Source of the DNA: an uncultured Fibrobacteraceae bacterium
GTDB taxonomy: Bacteria; Krumholzibacteriota; Krumholzibacteriia; LZORAL124-64-63
NCBI GenBank assembly: GCA_964414055.1
Contig: CAYPVD010000002.1
Location: forward strand, 1-57,843
DNA length: 57,843 bases
Direction: 5' to 3'
The notes under the pieces are model-generated. The model did not search any database, had not been told where the DNA came from, and saw nothing but the letters and a program-made list of their open reading frames with translations. The translations under genes and the position numbers were made by a program. Numbering within the stretch: position 1 is the stretch's first letter; each line of letters begins with the position of its first letter. This document shows, piece by piece, positions 35,440-44,290 of this stretch.

Positions 35440-37877
35440 TGATGTGCGACAGGCACCGTGACGGATCCGGTCGGATGCCGACGGGACGGGTTCTCATGGC
35501 TGGTTTCCTGGCCTTGATGATCGGCACGGGAGTGGAAGCCGAGCCGGTTTTTCAGCCGCTGCTGGCCGCCCACGACATGACGAGCCTGCTAGAACACGAC
35601 GGGTTCGTGTATGGCGGATTGGATGGGGGCGGGCTGGTCGTGCGTCCGGTGGATGACCCGGGGCATGGCGAGCGGTGGTACGCCGGACTCGGTCTGGGAG
35701 GCAACGAGATCACGGATCTGGCCTGGACCGGAAGGTACCTCTGGGTGGCCACCGCCGACGGGGGGCTGACCCGCATCGGCGACCCCGGCGGGAATCCGGA
35801 TTTCCGGCAATACACGAGCAACCTGGGCAGCCTGGATATCACGGCGGTCACGGGCACGATCATCGGTGAGAGCGAACGGGTGTTCTACGGGATGCGTAAC
35901 GGTGGTTTGGGCCAGATCACCGATGGCTTGTCGGGAAACATCTACACCGCCGAACAGGACGATTTGATCGACAACGATATCAACGCCCTGGTGTTCTATC
36001 ATGACGACCTCTTCATCGCCACCCCTTCGGGGATCTCCCGCTTCGCGGGCAACGTGTTCACGACCCTCAACGAGGGTCTCCCTGCGGGAGGGGTCACGGA
36101 CCTTGTGACCACGGATGCGGACCAACTGCTGGCCGGAACCGAGGAAGGTGTGTACGGCTGGGACCCGGAGCTCGAATTGTGGCAGGCGGTGGGTAATTTC
36201 GGTTTCCCGGTCGGCGACCTCGCCGCCGGCCCGGCGGGGGTCTATGCCCTCAGGACAAAGTGGAGCGGACTTCTGCGCCGCTGGAACGGCGAGACCTGGA
36301 CCACGGTGGACATTTCCGAGTCCCGGTGTTCGGCGGTGGCTTCGGGGCGGGAACTCTGGTTTTCCGGCCCGTGGACCCGGCCCGACGGCTCCGCCGGCCA
36401 GGCCTACCTCGGCCATGTCTCGAATCAGGGAGTGACCGGAATCCATATCCTCGCGGCACCCCTGGTGCGCAACGCCGAGGGTGTGGCTTTCGATACCCAG
36501 GGGACGGCCTGGGTCGGCTCCTACGTGGCGAATGCGGTTTCCGGCCTGAAAGTCGAGGACGCCTGGATCAATATCTATTCCCTGGCCGAGGATTCGGACT
36601 ATGAATACGGTCTGTTCAACCATTACAGCAACATCCTGTCCATGACCGGCGATCTGCAGGGCCAGGTCTGGATCTCCCAGTACACAACCGGCCTGATCCG
36701 GCACGACCCTGTCACCGGGAAGGACACCTACTACACTCCCGCCGACGGGGGCATGTCCGGAGCCTTCATCCTGGACATGGTCGTGCACCCGGACGGACCA
36801 TTGATCACCACCCATGATATCGTCTGGAAGGAGGGCCGGGAGTATCCGGAGAAGGTAGACGTGCTGCTGGATACCGATCACGGCGACGACCCCGGGCAGT
36901 GGCTGACCCTGCCGTTGGACACGGGGGGCATCACCAGCACCAACCGGATCTGGAGCGCCCTGGTGGAGCGCCGTGACGTGGTGTGGTTCGCCGCCGAGGA
37001 CTACGGCCTTCTGCGGTGGGACATCAACGGGGACGGGCAGGGACCCGACGACCCCCTGACCTGGAGCGATTTCAGCGACGACCGCTGGGACGGTCCCCTG
37101 ACGGCTTTCTTCGGCTCCGGCAGCGATCCCAAGAAAGTCAAGGGTTTGGCCCTGGCGCCCGACGGGAGCATCTGGGCCGGCGGCAACGGGCTGGTGCGCT
37201 TCAGCTACGATGCGGTCTCGCGCCTGGCTACCGTCCTGGAGACCTACGGCGAGAAGACCAGCAACTTCCTGCCCGGCCTGGTCAGCGGATCTGTGTCCGA
37301 CGTGGTGGTCGACGGCAACGGGGACGCCTGGGTGACCAGCACGGCAGGTGTGAACCGGATCAGCTCCCGCGGCGGCGAGGTCACCGTCGACGCCTGGATC
37401 GACCTGCCCAACTACCTGGCCAATTCCAACTACGGGTTGCTCTACTCCACGGGGGTCATCGCACCATTGCCCGGCACGATCTACCGCGACCTGGCGGTGT
37501 CGCCGGACGGCAGGCATGTCCTGCTCTCGGCGGACAGGGGCGCCGTGCTCATCGACGTGGGCAGCGGAAGCGCCGGTGCCGGCCAGGCGAACCTAGCGGG
37601 GATCTACTGTTATCCCAATCCCTGGCATCCGACCGATAGCGGCGGTACCGTGAAGCTGGGTGGGCTTCCCGTGGATGAGCTGGGGGGCACGGGAGTGAAA
37701 GCGGAGGTCTATAACCTCGAGGGGGAACTCGTGTTTCGCAACACCGGCGTGCTGCCCGACCAGGGTTTCTGGGACGGACGTAATCGTTTCGGCGATACGG
37801 CGGCCACGGGGACCTATGTGGTGCGTGTTTCCTGGTCCGGCCAAGCGGTGACCATCCCCTTGAGCGTGGTGCGCTGA
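35436..37877 (+). CDS. secreted beta-propeller repeat protein with C-terminal FlgD-Ig/T9SS-like sorting domain
   Basis: ATGA overlap. Signal-like VLMAGFLALMIGTGVEA. Repeated propeller-like units (ITDLAWTGRYLWVATADGGLTRI, INALVFYHDDLFIATPSGISRF, VTDLVTTDADQLLAGTEEGVYGW). C-terminus CYPNPW...AEVYNLEGELVF...WDGRN..GDTAATGTYVVRV. Confidence 0.65.
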   Translation: MMMCDRHRDGSGRMPTGRVLMAGFLALMIGTGVEAEPVFQPLLAAHDMTSLLEHDGFVYGGLDGGGLVVRPVDDPGHGERWYAGLGLGGNEITDLAWTGRYLWVATADGGLTRIGDPGGNPDFRQYTSNLGSLDITAVTGTIIGESERVFYGMRNGGLGQITDGLSGNIYTAEQDDLIDNDINALVFYHDDLFIATPSGISRFAGNVFTTLNEGLPAGGVTDLVTTDADQLLAGTEEGVYGWDPELELWQAVGNFGFPVGDLAAGPAGVYALRTKWSGLLRRWNGETWTTVDISESRCSAVASGRELWFSGPWTRPDGSAGQAYLGHVSNQGVTGIHILAAPLVRNAEGVAFDTQGTAWVGSYVANAVSGLKVEDAWINIYSLAEDSDYEYGLFNHYSNILSMTGDLQGQVWISQYTTGLIRHDPVTGKDTYYTPADGGMSGAFILDMVVHPDGPLITTHDIVWKEGREYPEKVDVLLDTDHGDDPGQWLTLPLDTGGITSTNRIWSALVERRDVVWFAAEDYGLLRWDINGDGQGPDDPLTWSDFSDDRWDGPLTAFFGSGSDPKKVKGLALAPDGSIWAGGNGLVRFSYDAVSRLATVLETYGEKTSNFLPGLVSGSVSDVVVDGNGDAWVTSTAGVNRISSRGGEVTVDAWIDLPNYLANSNYGLLYSTGVIAPLPGTIYRDLAVSPDGRHVLLSADRGAVLIDVGSGSAGAGQANLAGIYCYPNPWHPTDSGGTVKLGGLPVDELGGTGVKAEVYNLEGELVFRNTGVLPDQGFWDGRNRFGDTAATGTYVVRVSWSGQAVTIPLSVVR

Positions 37878-39331
37878 TGCGAAAACCGCGGGTCCTGATC
37901 ATCGGCGCCGGTTCGGCCGGGCGCTCCCTCGTGGACGAGATCCAGGCCAAGGATCTGCCCGTGGAACCGGTGGCCTTCCTGGATGATGATCCTGCGCTGC
38001 AGGGGTCGACCGTCTGCGGTCTTCCCGTGACCGGTGGAACGGAAGAGCTGAAGGCCGCCTGCGACACGGTGGGGGCCGACCAGATCCTGCTGGCCATCCC
38101 TTCGGCCGGCGGCCCCCTGATCAGGCGGCTGGTCCTGCTGGCCAAGAAGGCGGGGCGCCCCTTGCGCATCGTGCCGGGTCTGCGGGACATCATCCTGGGC
38201 GACGTGAGTTTCCAGCAGGTGGCCGAGGTCCGTCCCGAGCACCTGCTGGGGCGCGAGAGCGTGGACTTCCAGGAGGAACCGGCCCGCCGGGTTGTCAGCG
38301 GTCGGACCGTTCTGGTCACCGGGGCCGGCGGATCCATCGGCGGGGAGCTGTGCCGCCGCCTGCTTCCTCTCGAGCCGGCCCGCCTGATCATGCTGGGCAG
38401 GGGTGAGAACAGCCTGTTCGAAATGGAGGCATCCCTGCGCAACGATTTTCCGCAGGCCCCCCTGCAACTGGTGGTCGCCGATGTCAGGGACAGCAAGAGG
38501 ATGTCGGTGCTCGCCGGGAGGATGGCTCCCGACCTGGTCCTTCATGCGGCGGCCCACAAGCATGTGCCCCTGATGGAGGACAACCCGGAAGAGGCCGTCA
38601 TGGTCAACGTGGGCGGAACGGCCAACGTGGTGGACCTGGCCCGGACGGTGGGCGCCGAGCGCTTCGTGCTGATCAGCACCGACAAGGCCGTCGAGCCCTC
38701 CAGCGTCATGGGGGCGACGAAGAAACTGGCCGAGGAGGTCGTCCGGCGCGCGGCCGCCGAGGGCGGCGGGACGCGGATGATGACCGTGCGCTTCGGCAAC
38801 GTGCTGGGCAGCAGGGGCTCGGTCATCCCCTTCTTCAAACGACGCATCGAGGCCGGTCTGCCCCTGCCGGTGACGCATCCGGATATGACGCGCTACTTCA
38901 TGACCATCAAGGAGGCGGCGCTGCTGGTGATCGAAGCCATGGTGCTGGGCGAGTCGGGTGCGACCTACATCCTGGAGATGGGCGAACCGGTCTCCATCCT
39001 GGAACTGGCCAAGAACCTCCTTGTGCTCTCGGGCGTAGCGGCGTCCGATGACGATTCATGGCCCCAGATCGATTTCACGGGTCTGCGGCCGGGCGAGAAG
39101 ATGCACGAGGCCCTCCATGAACCGCGGGAACGGATCCTGCCCAGCGCCAACCCCCTGATCCGCAAGGCGGTCATCCAGGGGCCGGATGAGCCCCTGGGCC
39201 CTTCGGACCAGGAGGCCCTGTTGGAGCTCGCCGCCCAGGGCGATATTCCTCAGCTGCGCCGCCTGCTGGCTGATCTTCTGGACAGCCCGGTGCTGGGGCC
39301 TGGAACGGGAGATGACCATGACCGGCAATGA
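37877..39331 (+). CDS. polysaccharide biosynthesis NDP-sugar 4,6-dehydratase (PglF/CapD/WbpM-like), without the usual N-terminal TM region
   Basis: TGATG junction. Motifs VLIIGAGSAGRSLV, VLVTGAGGSIGGELCRR, AAAHKHVPLME, ISTDKAV.PSSVMGATK, RFGNVLGSRGSV. Confidence 0.8.
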   Translation: MRKPRVLIIGAGSAGRSLVDEIQAKDLPVEPVAFLDDDPALQGSTVCGLPVTGGTEELKAACDTVGADQILLAIPSAGGPLIRRLVLLAKKAGRPLRIVPGLRDIILGDVSFQQVAEVRPEHLLGRESVDFQEEPARRVVSGRTVLVTGAGGSIGGELCRRLLPLEPARLIMLGRGENSLFEMEASLRNDFPQAPLQLVVADVRDSKRMSVLAGRMAPDLVLHAAAHKHVPLMEDNPEEAVMVNVGGTANVVDLARTVGAERFVLISTDKAVEPSSVMGATKKLAEEVVRRAAAEGGGTRMMTVRFGNVLGSRGSVIPFFKRRIEAGLPLPVTHPDMTRYFMTIKEAALLVIEAMVLGESGATYILEMGEPVSILELAKNLLVLSGVAASDDDSWPQIDFTGLRPGEKMHEALHEPRERILPSANPLIRKAVIQGPDEPLGPSDQEALLELAAQGDIPQLRRLLADLLDSPVLGPGTGDDHDRQ

Positions 39332-40520
39332 GGGCGGTATCGGAGGCAGGGTCTTCATCTCGCGCGACGAATTCCTGCCGTTTTTCCGGCCCGACGTCAG
39401 CGAACAGGAGATCGCCGCCGTGGCCGAGGTCCTGCGCTCGGGATGGCTGACGTACGGGGCCAAGGTGCGGGAGTTCGGCCGGGCCTGCGCGGACTATCTC
39501 CAGGTCCCCCGTGCGGAACCCGTATCGAGCTGCACGGCGGGATTGCACCTGGCCCTGGAGGCCCTGGAAGTCGGACCGGGGCACGAGGTGATCCTGCCGG
39601 CGTTGACTTTCGTGTCCACGCTCAGCGCCGTGGTCCACAGGGGTGCGAAGCCCGTACTTGCCGACGTGGACCCCGTCACCCTGTGTGTGAGTCCGGGTTC
39701 GTGCGGGGATCTCGTCACACCCCGGACTCGTGCCATCATTCCCGTGGACATGGGCGGGCATCCCTGCGACATGGCCGAGCTGCGCGAACTGGCGACAGCC
39801 AACGGCCTGCGCATCGTCCGCGACGCGGCCCACAGCTTCGGTGCCCGAGAGGGCGGCCGTCTTGTCGGCTCCGGCTGTGACGCCACCGTGTTCTCCTTCT
39901 ACGCCACCAAGTGCATCACCACCGGCGACGGAGGGCTGGTGACCTGCGACGACGACCACCTGGCCGATCGCATCGCGAGACTCGGTTTTCACGGCATGGA
40001 CGGCAACGCCTGGCAGCGTTACGGCGACAAGGGGCGCTGGTACTACGAGATCCTCGAACCAGGCTGGAAGTACCACCTGAGCGATCCCGCGGCGGCCCTC
40101 GGACTGGGGCAGCTGGCCCGCGCCGACGAGTTCATGGCCCGGCGTACGTCCATCGCCCGCAGCTATTCCTCGGCCCTGGCCGACCTGCCCGGGGTGACGG
40201 TGCCCCGTGTCGCCGACGGGATGACCTCCGCCTGGCATCTCTACCTGTTGCGGGTGGATCCGGACATCGTTCCCGGCGGCCGGGATCGTGTGATCGCTGA
40301 CCTGACCGCCAACCGGATCGGTTCATCGGTCCATTTCATCCCCCTGCACCATCACCCGGCCTTCAGGGAGTTGGCCGTCGAGTTCGGTGACCGCCTGCCG
40401 GAAACGGAGCATTACTTCCGGGCCGCCGTCAGTCTGCCTCTTTTTCCGGCCATGACCCCGCAGGATGTGGATGACGTGGTGACCGTGGTGCGGGCCAGCA
40501 TCCAGGCCGCCGTCGGGTGA
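39312..40520 (+). CDS. DegT/DnrJ/EryC1/StrS family aminotransferase (PglE-like)
   Basis: Track ORF trimmed to ATG 39312. Motifs FFRPDVSEQEIAAVAEVLRSGWLTYGAKV, LHLALEAL, DAAHSFGA, FSFYATKCITTGDGG (PLP lysine). Confidence 0.85.
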   Translation: MTMTGNEGGIGGRVFISRDEFLPFFRPDVSEQEIAAVAEVLRSGWLTYGAKVREFGRACADYLQVPRAEPVSSCTAGLHLALEALEVGPGHEVILPALTFVSTLSAVVHRGAKPVLADVDPVTLCVSPGSCGDLVTPRTRAIIPVDMGGHPCDMAELRELATANGLRIVRDAAHSFGAREGGRLVGSGCDATVFSFYATKCITTGDGGLVTCDDDHLADRIARLGFHGMDGNAWQRYGDKGRWYYEILEPGWKYHLSDPAAALGLGQLARADEFMARRTSIARSYSSALADLPGVTVPRVADGMTSAWHLYLLRVDPDIVPGGRDRVIADLTANRIGSSVHFIPLHHHPAFRELAVEFGDRLPETEHYFRAAVSLPLFPAMTPQDVDDVVTVVRASIQAAVG

Positions 40521-41608
40521 TGGGCACCGTGGGCGGACACGAACCCTACACCATCGAGCAGTCGGTCTCGTTGCCGGCGGACTGGGACGACCTGGTCCTG
40601 GCAGATCCGGCGGCCGAGTACACGCACTGCGCACACTGGCTGGAATCGGTCCGCCGTTGCTACGACGGTGCGAAGCTGCTGGTGCTCACGGTGCGGCAGG
40701 AGGGAGAACTGATCGGCGGTCTCGCCGCCGTTGACAGGAGGGTCGGCCGTCTCCGGCGGTTGGACAGCAGCCTCGACGGCACCACAGGCGGCCCTCTTTT
40801 GCACCGCCAACTGGACCAGATGTCGCGGCGCAGGTTGTTTCTGGAGCTGGTTCGCCGGTTCCGGGCGTTGCGCCGAGGTCCCTTGACCGCTCTGGGCATG
40901 GCCCTGAACGCCTCGGGAGAGGAAGCCTACGGGCCGCTGCTGGCGGGGGAGGGGGATTGGCTGCGCCATGACGCCCCGACAGCCGTGGTCTCCCTGTCAG
41001 GCGGTATCGAGGACGTGGAGAAGAACAAGCTGGTGATGAACAAGCGCAACGAACGAAACCGGGGCCTGCGGCGCGGAGCGGAAGTGTTCGCCACCAAGGA
41101 TCCGGCCTGGCTGGAGCGGTACTATCGACTGTATCTGCAGGCGGCCCGCCACTGGAAAGTGGAGCCGGTGCCGGAATCCTTCCTGCACAGCCTGCTCGAC
41201 GGCCCCGGGGATCGTGACGGCGCCGGCGATGTCTTCTTCACCTGCGTGAAGATCGGGGACCGGGTCATCGGCGGCCACCTGAATCTGCACCTGGGCGACA
41301 GGGTGTTCGCCTGGAACGGTGTGACGGATCCCGCCTACGCCCGCTCCCATTTTCCGGCCACGCTCTGTTTCTGGGGCGACATGGTGGAGGCCTGCCGACG
41401 CGGGGCGCTGTGGCTGGATTTTGGCGCCAGCGGTGTCGCGGCCTCCCTGTCGACCTTCAAGAAATATTTTGGTGCGCAGATGGAGCAGCGCGGCTACTAC
41501 ACCAGTGAATCGGCGGCCCTCAAACTGGCGAGAAAACTGCGCCGGGGGCCGGCGGGATCAGGCCGCCACCGGGTCCGCTGGCACGATACCCTGCGGAGGC
41601 GCTCGTGA
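40517..41608 (+). CDS. FemAB/CelD-like GNAT-fold acyltransferase
   Basis: Overlaps the upstream stop. Pattern AEYTHCAHWLESVRRCYDGAKLLVLTVRQEGELIGGLA, NKRNERNRGLRRG, GGHLNLHLGDRVFAWNGVTDP resembles the FemAB-like / BioF2-like acetyltransferase family. Confidence 0.55.
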   Translation: MMGTVGGHEPYTIEQSVSLPADWDDLVLADPAAEYTHCAHWLESVRRCYDGAKLLVLTVRQEGELIGGLAAVDRRVGRLRRLDSSLDGTTGGPLLHRQLDQMSRRRLFLELVRRFRALRRGPLTALGMALNASGEEAYGPLLAGEGDWLRHDAPTAVVSLSGGIEDVEKNKLVMNKRNERNRGLRRGAEVFATKDPAWLERYYRLYLQAARHWKVEPVPESFLHSLLDGPGDRDGAGDVFFTCVKIGDRVIGGHLNLHLGDRVFAWNGVTDPAYARSHFPATLCFWGDMVEACRRGALWLDFGASGVAASLSTFKKYFGAQMEQRGYYTSESAALKLARKLRRGPAGSGRHRVRWHDTLRRRS

Positions 41609-42924
41609 GTCTCATCAGGCCCGGATCGCGCATCTTCGCCAGCCGTCTCGTGCAGGTGGCCGCCAACGCGGCGGTGGTCCTGATCGTGGCCTCCATCCTG
41701 GGGCCCGAAGGCCAGGGTCACTACAGCCTGACCTTGGCCTTGGCTCTGTTGCTCGCCTCCCTGCTGGCGGGGGGGCAGGGGCTGGCCGCCGTCCCGTTGC
41801 TGCGGCGGGGAAGCCCGTCCGGCGCCCGGATCTTCAGGGCACAGCTGCTGTGGGCCGCGGGGGCGTTGGTGGTGATGCTGCTCCTGGCGGCGGCGACCAT
41901 GGCGCCGGGGCCGGCGGGGTTCCTCGCAGCCCACCTGGGCTGGTTCCCGGGGCTGGGATTCGTGGTCGTCGGCGCGGTCATGGGCATCCTGCTGTTCGAG
42001 ATCTTCTCCTATGATCTGCTGGCCCGCGGCCGGCTGGTGGTGGGGGCCGTGATCAACGGAACCAGGGCGCTGACCCACCTGGTACTGGTCTGTCTCGCGG
42101 CGGTGGCCGGGGCCCTGACTCTGGGCAAGGCCGTGGGGCTGGTGGCGGCGGCCCAGGCGCTGGGGGGATTTCTGGTTGTCGTGGTGGCGGGCAGGGAAAT
42201 CCGGCACGCCGTGGTCGGTGCCTCCGGAGCCGTAGCCGGCGACACGACCAGGTCGTCCGGCGACCCGCCCCTGTCCCTGACAGGGCTGATGATGTTCCTG
42301 GCTCGGAGAGGCTGGCTGGGACAGCTGTCGGCGGTGGCGTATTTTCTGTTGCTGCGCCTGGACCAGGCGTTGCTCGAACATTTCCGGGGTGCAGCCGAGG
42401 TGGGAGTGTATTCGGTGGCCGTGTATTTCGGCGAGATGCTGTGGCTGCTGCCCGGCGCCCTGACTCCCCTGCTTGTGCACAGCGCCACCGCCGAGCGGGG
42501 TGACGGCACGGGCGACCGTGATTCCCTGGGGGCGGTGAGACTGGGGTTGGTGGTGACACTGGCCGCGGGAATCCCCCTGTATTTCCTGGCCGGCCCGTTG
42601 CTGCCGTTCCTGGCGGGCGGGTCGTACGTGGCCTCGGGGCCGGCCCTGCGGGCGCTTCTGCCGGGGATCGTCGCCTTCGCGCCGGGGGCTGTTCTGGCCG
42701 GGGATTTCATCGGGCGCGGTCGTCCCCACTGGAATACCCAGGCCAGTCTCATAACCCTGGTCATCAACATCGTTGCTGGATTGTGGCTGATCCCCGTTCA
42801 CGGTGCCGTGGGTGCGGGATGGGCCAGCACCATCGCCTACACCTGCGGATCCGCCCTCATGATCGCGCGCTTCCTCTCCGCCAGCGGTTATCCATTTCGT
42901 TCCCTGTTCACCGGTCGTCCCTAG
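41605..42924 (+). CDS. Wzx-like oligosaccharide flippase (MOP superfamily)
   Basis: GTGA overlap. Polytopic 439 aa with N-terminus RIFASRLVQVAANAAVVLIVASILGPEGQGHYSL, typical of polysaccharide flippases. Confidence 0.7.
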   Translation: MSLIRPGSRIFASRLVQVAANAAVVLIVASILGPEGQGHYSLTLALALLLASLLAGGQGLAAVPLLRRGSPSGARIFRAQLLWAAGALVVMLLLAAATMAPGPAGFLAAHLGWFPGLGFVVVGAVMGILLFEIFSYDLLARGRLVVGAVINGTRALTHLVLVCLAAVAGALTLGKAVGLVAAAQALGGFLVVVVAGREIRHAVVGASGAVAGDTTRSSGDPPLSLTGLMMFLARRGWLGQLSAVAYFLLLRLDQALLEHFRGAAEVGVYSVAVYFGEMLWLLPGALTPLLVHSATAERGDGTGDRDSLGAVRLGLVVTLAAGIPLYFLAGPLLPFLAGGSYVASGPALRALLPGIVAFAPGAVLAGDFIGRGRPHWNTQASLITLVINIVAGLWLIPVHGAVGAGWASTIAYTCGSALMIARFLSASGYPFRSLFTGRP

Positions 42925-43051
42925 ATATGCGGCTGCGGCCACGGCCTCCGGTATCTTCCCCGCCGGGAGGCGGACTCTTGCTTCCCGGGAACCGGTGTGC
43001 TTAAATCGCGCCGGTTCGCAATACACCATCTCTTGCCGGAGCTCCGATTCC

Positions 43052-43954
43052 ATGACCAACGACCGCGGCCAGCACGCTCCTGACTTCCTCGGCATCGGTG
43101 TCGTGCGCGGTGGCACGACCTGGTTGTGGCGGCAACTCGCCCAGCATCCGGACGCCTGGATGACCCCCGTCAAGGAACTCAACTACTTCACGAGGCGGCA
43201 CCCCATCATGGTGGCCCGCCCCGACGACAAGACGCATCGGGCGGAACAGCAGCCCAACCTGTTCGTGCAAAGCCTCCAGCGGTTCAACCCCGGGAAAATC
43301 TCCCACTATCTGCAGACCTATTCCCTGGATTCCGTGCGCTGGCGGTGGCGCTTCTACCGCGGCCGGCCGGGGCCGAAGTGGTACCGCTCGCTATTCGAGG
43401 CGGCCGGCGGCCGACTGACAGGCGACATCACGCCTCATTATTCCGGACTGGGTGAAACCGCCGTGCGTGAAATCATGTCTTTCCTGCCGGATGTGAAGAT
43501 CATCCTGATATTGCGTGATCCCATCGACCGCGACTGGTCCCACGCCGTGCACTACCTCACCTACAACCTCGGATGCAAGCGCGACGAACTGACCACCGAC
43601 CGGATCCTCTCCCATGTGCACGACCCTTCCACGCGCTTGCGCGGTGATTACCTGCCGATGCTCGATCTCTGGCGCCGATATGTCCCGCCCGCCCGGTTTC
43701 GTGTCATGTTCTTCGACGATATCCAGCGACGACCGGTGGAGTTTCTCGACGAGATCCACGAGTTCCTCGGCCTTTCCCCCTTCACGCCCCCTGGATTGAT
43801 CACCAAGGTCAACGCCAGCGGGGCTACCGCCATCCCGGCCGAGGTGGAACGCCATCTGGCGGAACTTCATTTGCCTGCGCTGGAGAAAATGGCGCAGGAG
43901 ATGGGGGGGTATGCGGTTGCCTGGCGTGATCGCGCCCGCCTCCTTGTGGTATGA
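43052..43954 (+). CDS. PAPS-dependent sulfotransferase family protein
   Basis: ATG 43052. 5-prime-PSB-like PDFLGIGVVRGGTTWL and 3-prime-PB-like ILILRDPIDRDWSH motifs. Confidence 0.7.
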   Translation: MTNDRGQHAPDFLGIGVVRGGTTWLWRQLAQHPDAWMTPVKELNYFTRRHPIMVARPDDKTHRAEQQPNLFVQSLQRFNPGKISHYLQTYSLDSVRWRWRFYRGRPGPKWYRSLFEAAGGRLTGDITPHYSGLGETAVREIMSFLPDVKIILILRDPIDRDWSHAVHYLTYNLGCKRDELTTDRILSHVHDPSTRLRGDYLPMLDLWRRYVPPARFRVMFFDDIQRRPVEFLDEIHEFLGLSPFTPPGLITKVNASGATAIPAEVERHLAELHLPALEKMAQEMGGYAVAWRDRARLLVV

Positions 43955-44220
43955 TGGTTGTGCCTCTGAAATTGTGTCTTTCCCTCTCCCACTTGGTTTG
44001 ATTAATCCATAAGCAATTGTCAGAAAGTGTTTTAGGTGGTTTAGCGCCATGACTGGCGAAGGGGCTGGTGCATGGCTATCTCCTGGCATGGTATATGGGG
44101 CTAACTCCTTATTTAGCAACGTGTAATTGGAATCCAGGGAGGCCTGGATCGGGCATCCAAAGTGGTCGGACACAATTTCGGCGGCACAAGAAAAAAAATC
44201 CAGATTAGGGGAAAAGGGGC

Positions 44221-44250
44221 TTGACCACCCCGGTGGGGACCGGTTATTGT
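44221..44250 (+). promoter_or_regulatory. candidate dcw promoter (TTGACC-N18-TATTGT)
   Basis: Hexamers read directly in the AT-rich leader. The GTGG repeats start at and just downstream of the predicted transcription start, as at E. coli Pmra. Confidence 0.4.
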
Positions 44251-44290
44251 GCGGTGGTTGGCAGTGGGGAAAAATGGTGGAAATAGGTGA
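44232..44290 (+). promoter_or_regulatory. GTGG(G/A)-AAA direct repeats, putative MraZ operator
   Basis: GTGG/GTGA cores start at 44233, 44254, 44264, 44277 and 44287, giving spacings of 21, 10, 13 and 10 nt. The last three read AGTGGGGAAAAAT / GGTGGAAATA / GGTGAAAATT. An additional AAAGTGG lies at 44158. Confidence 0.5.

Noticed and set aside
44132-44149. 7-bp stem with GAGG tetraloop (ATCCAGG-GAGG-CCTGGAT) as the terminator of the glycan locus
   Set aside because: No U-tract follows on either strand, and it lies ~180 nt after the sulfotransferase stop. It is kept only as a structural note within the leader finding.
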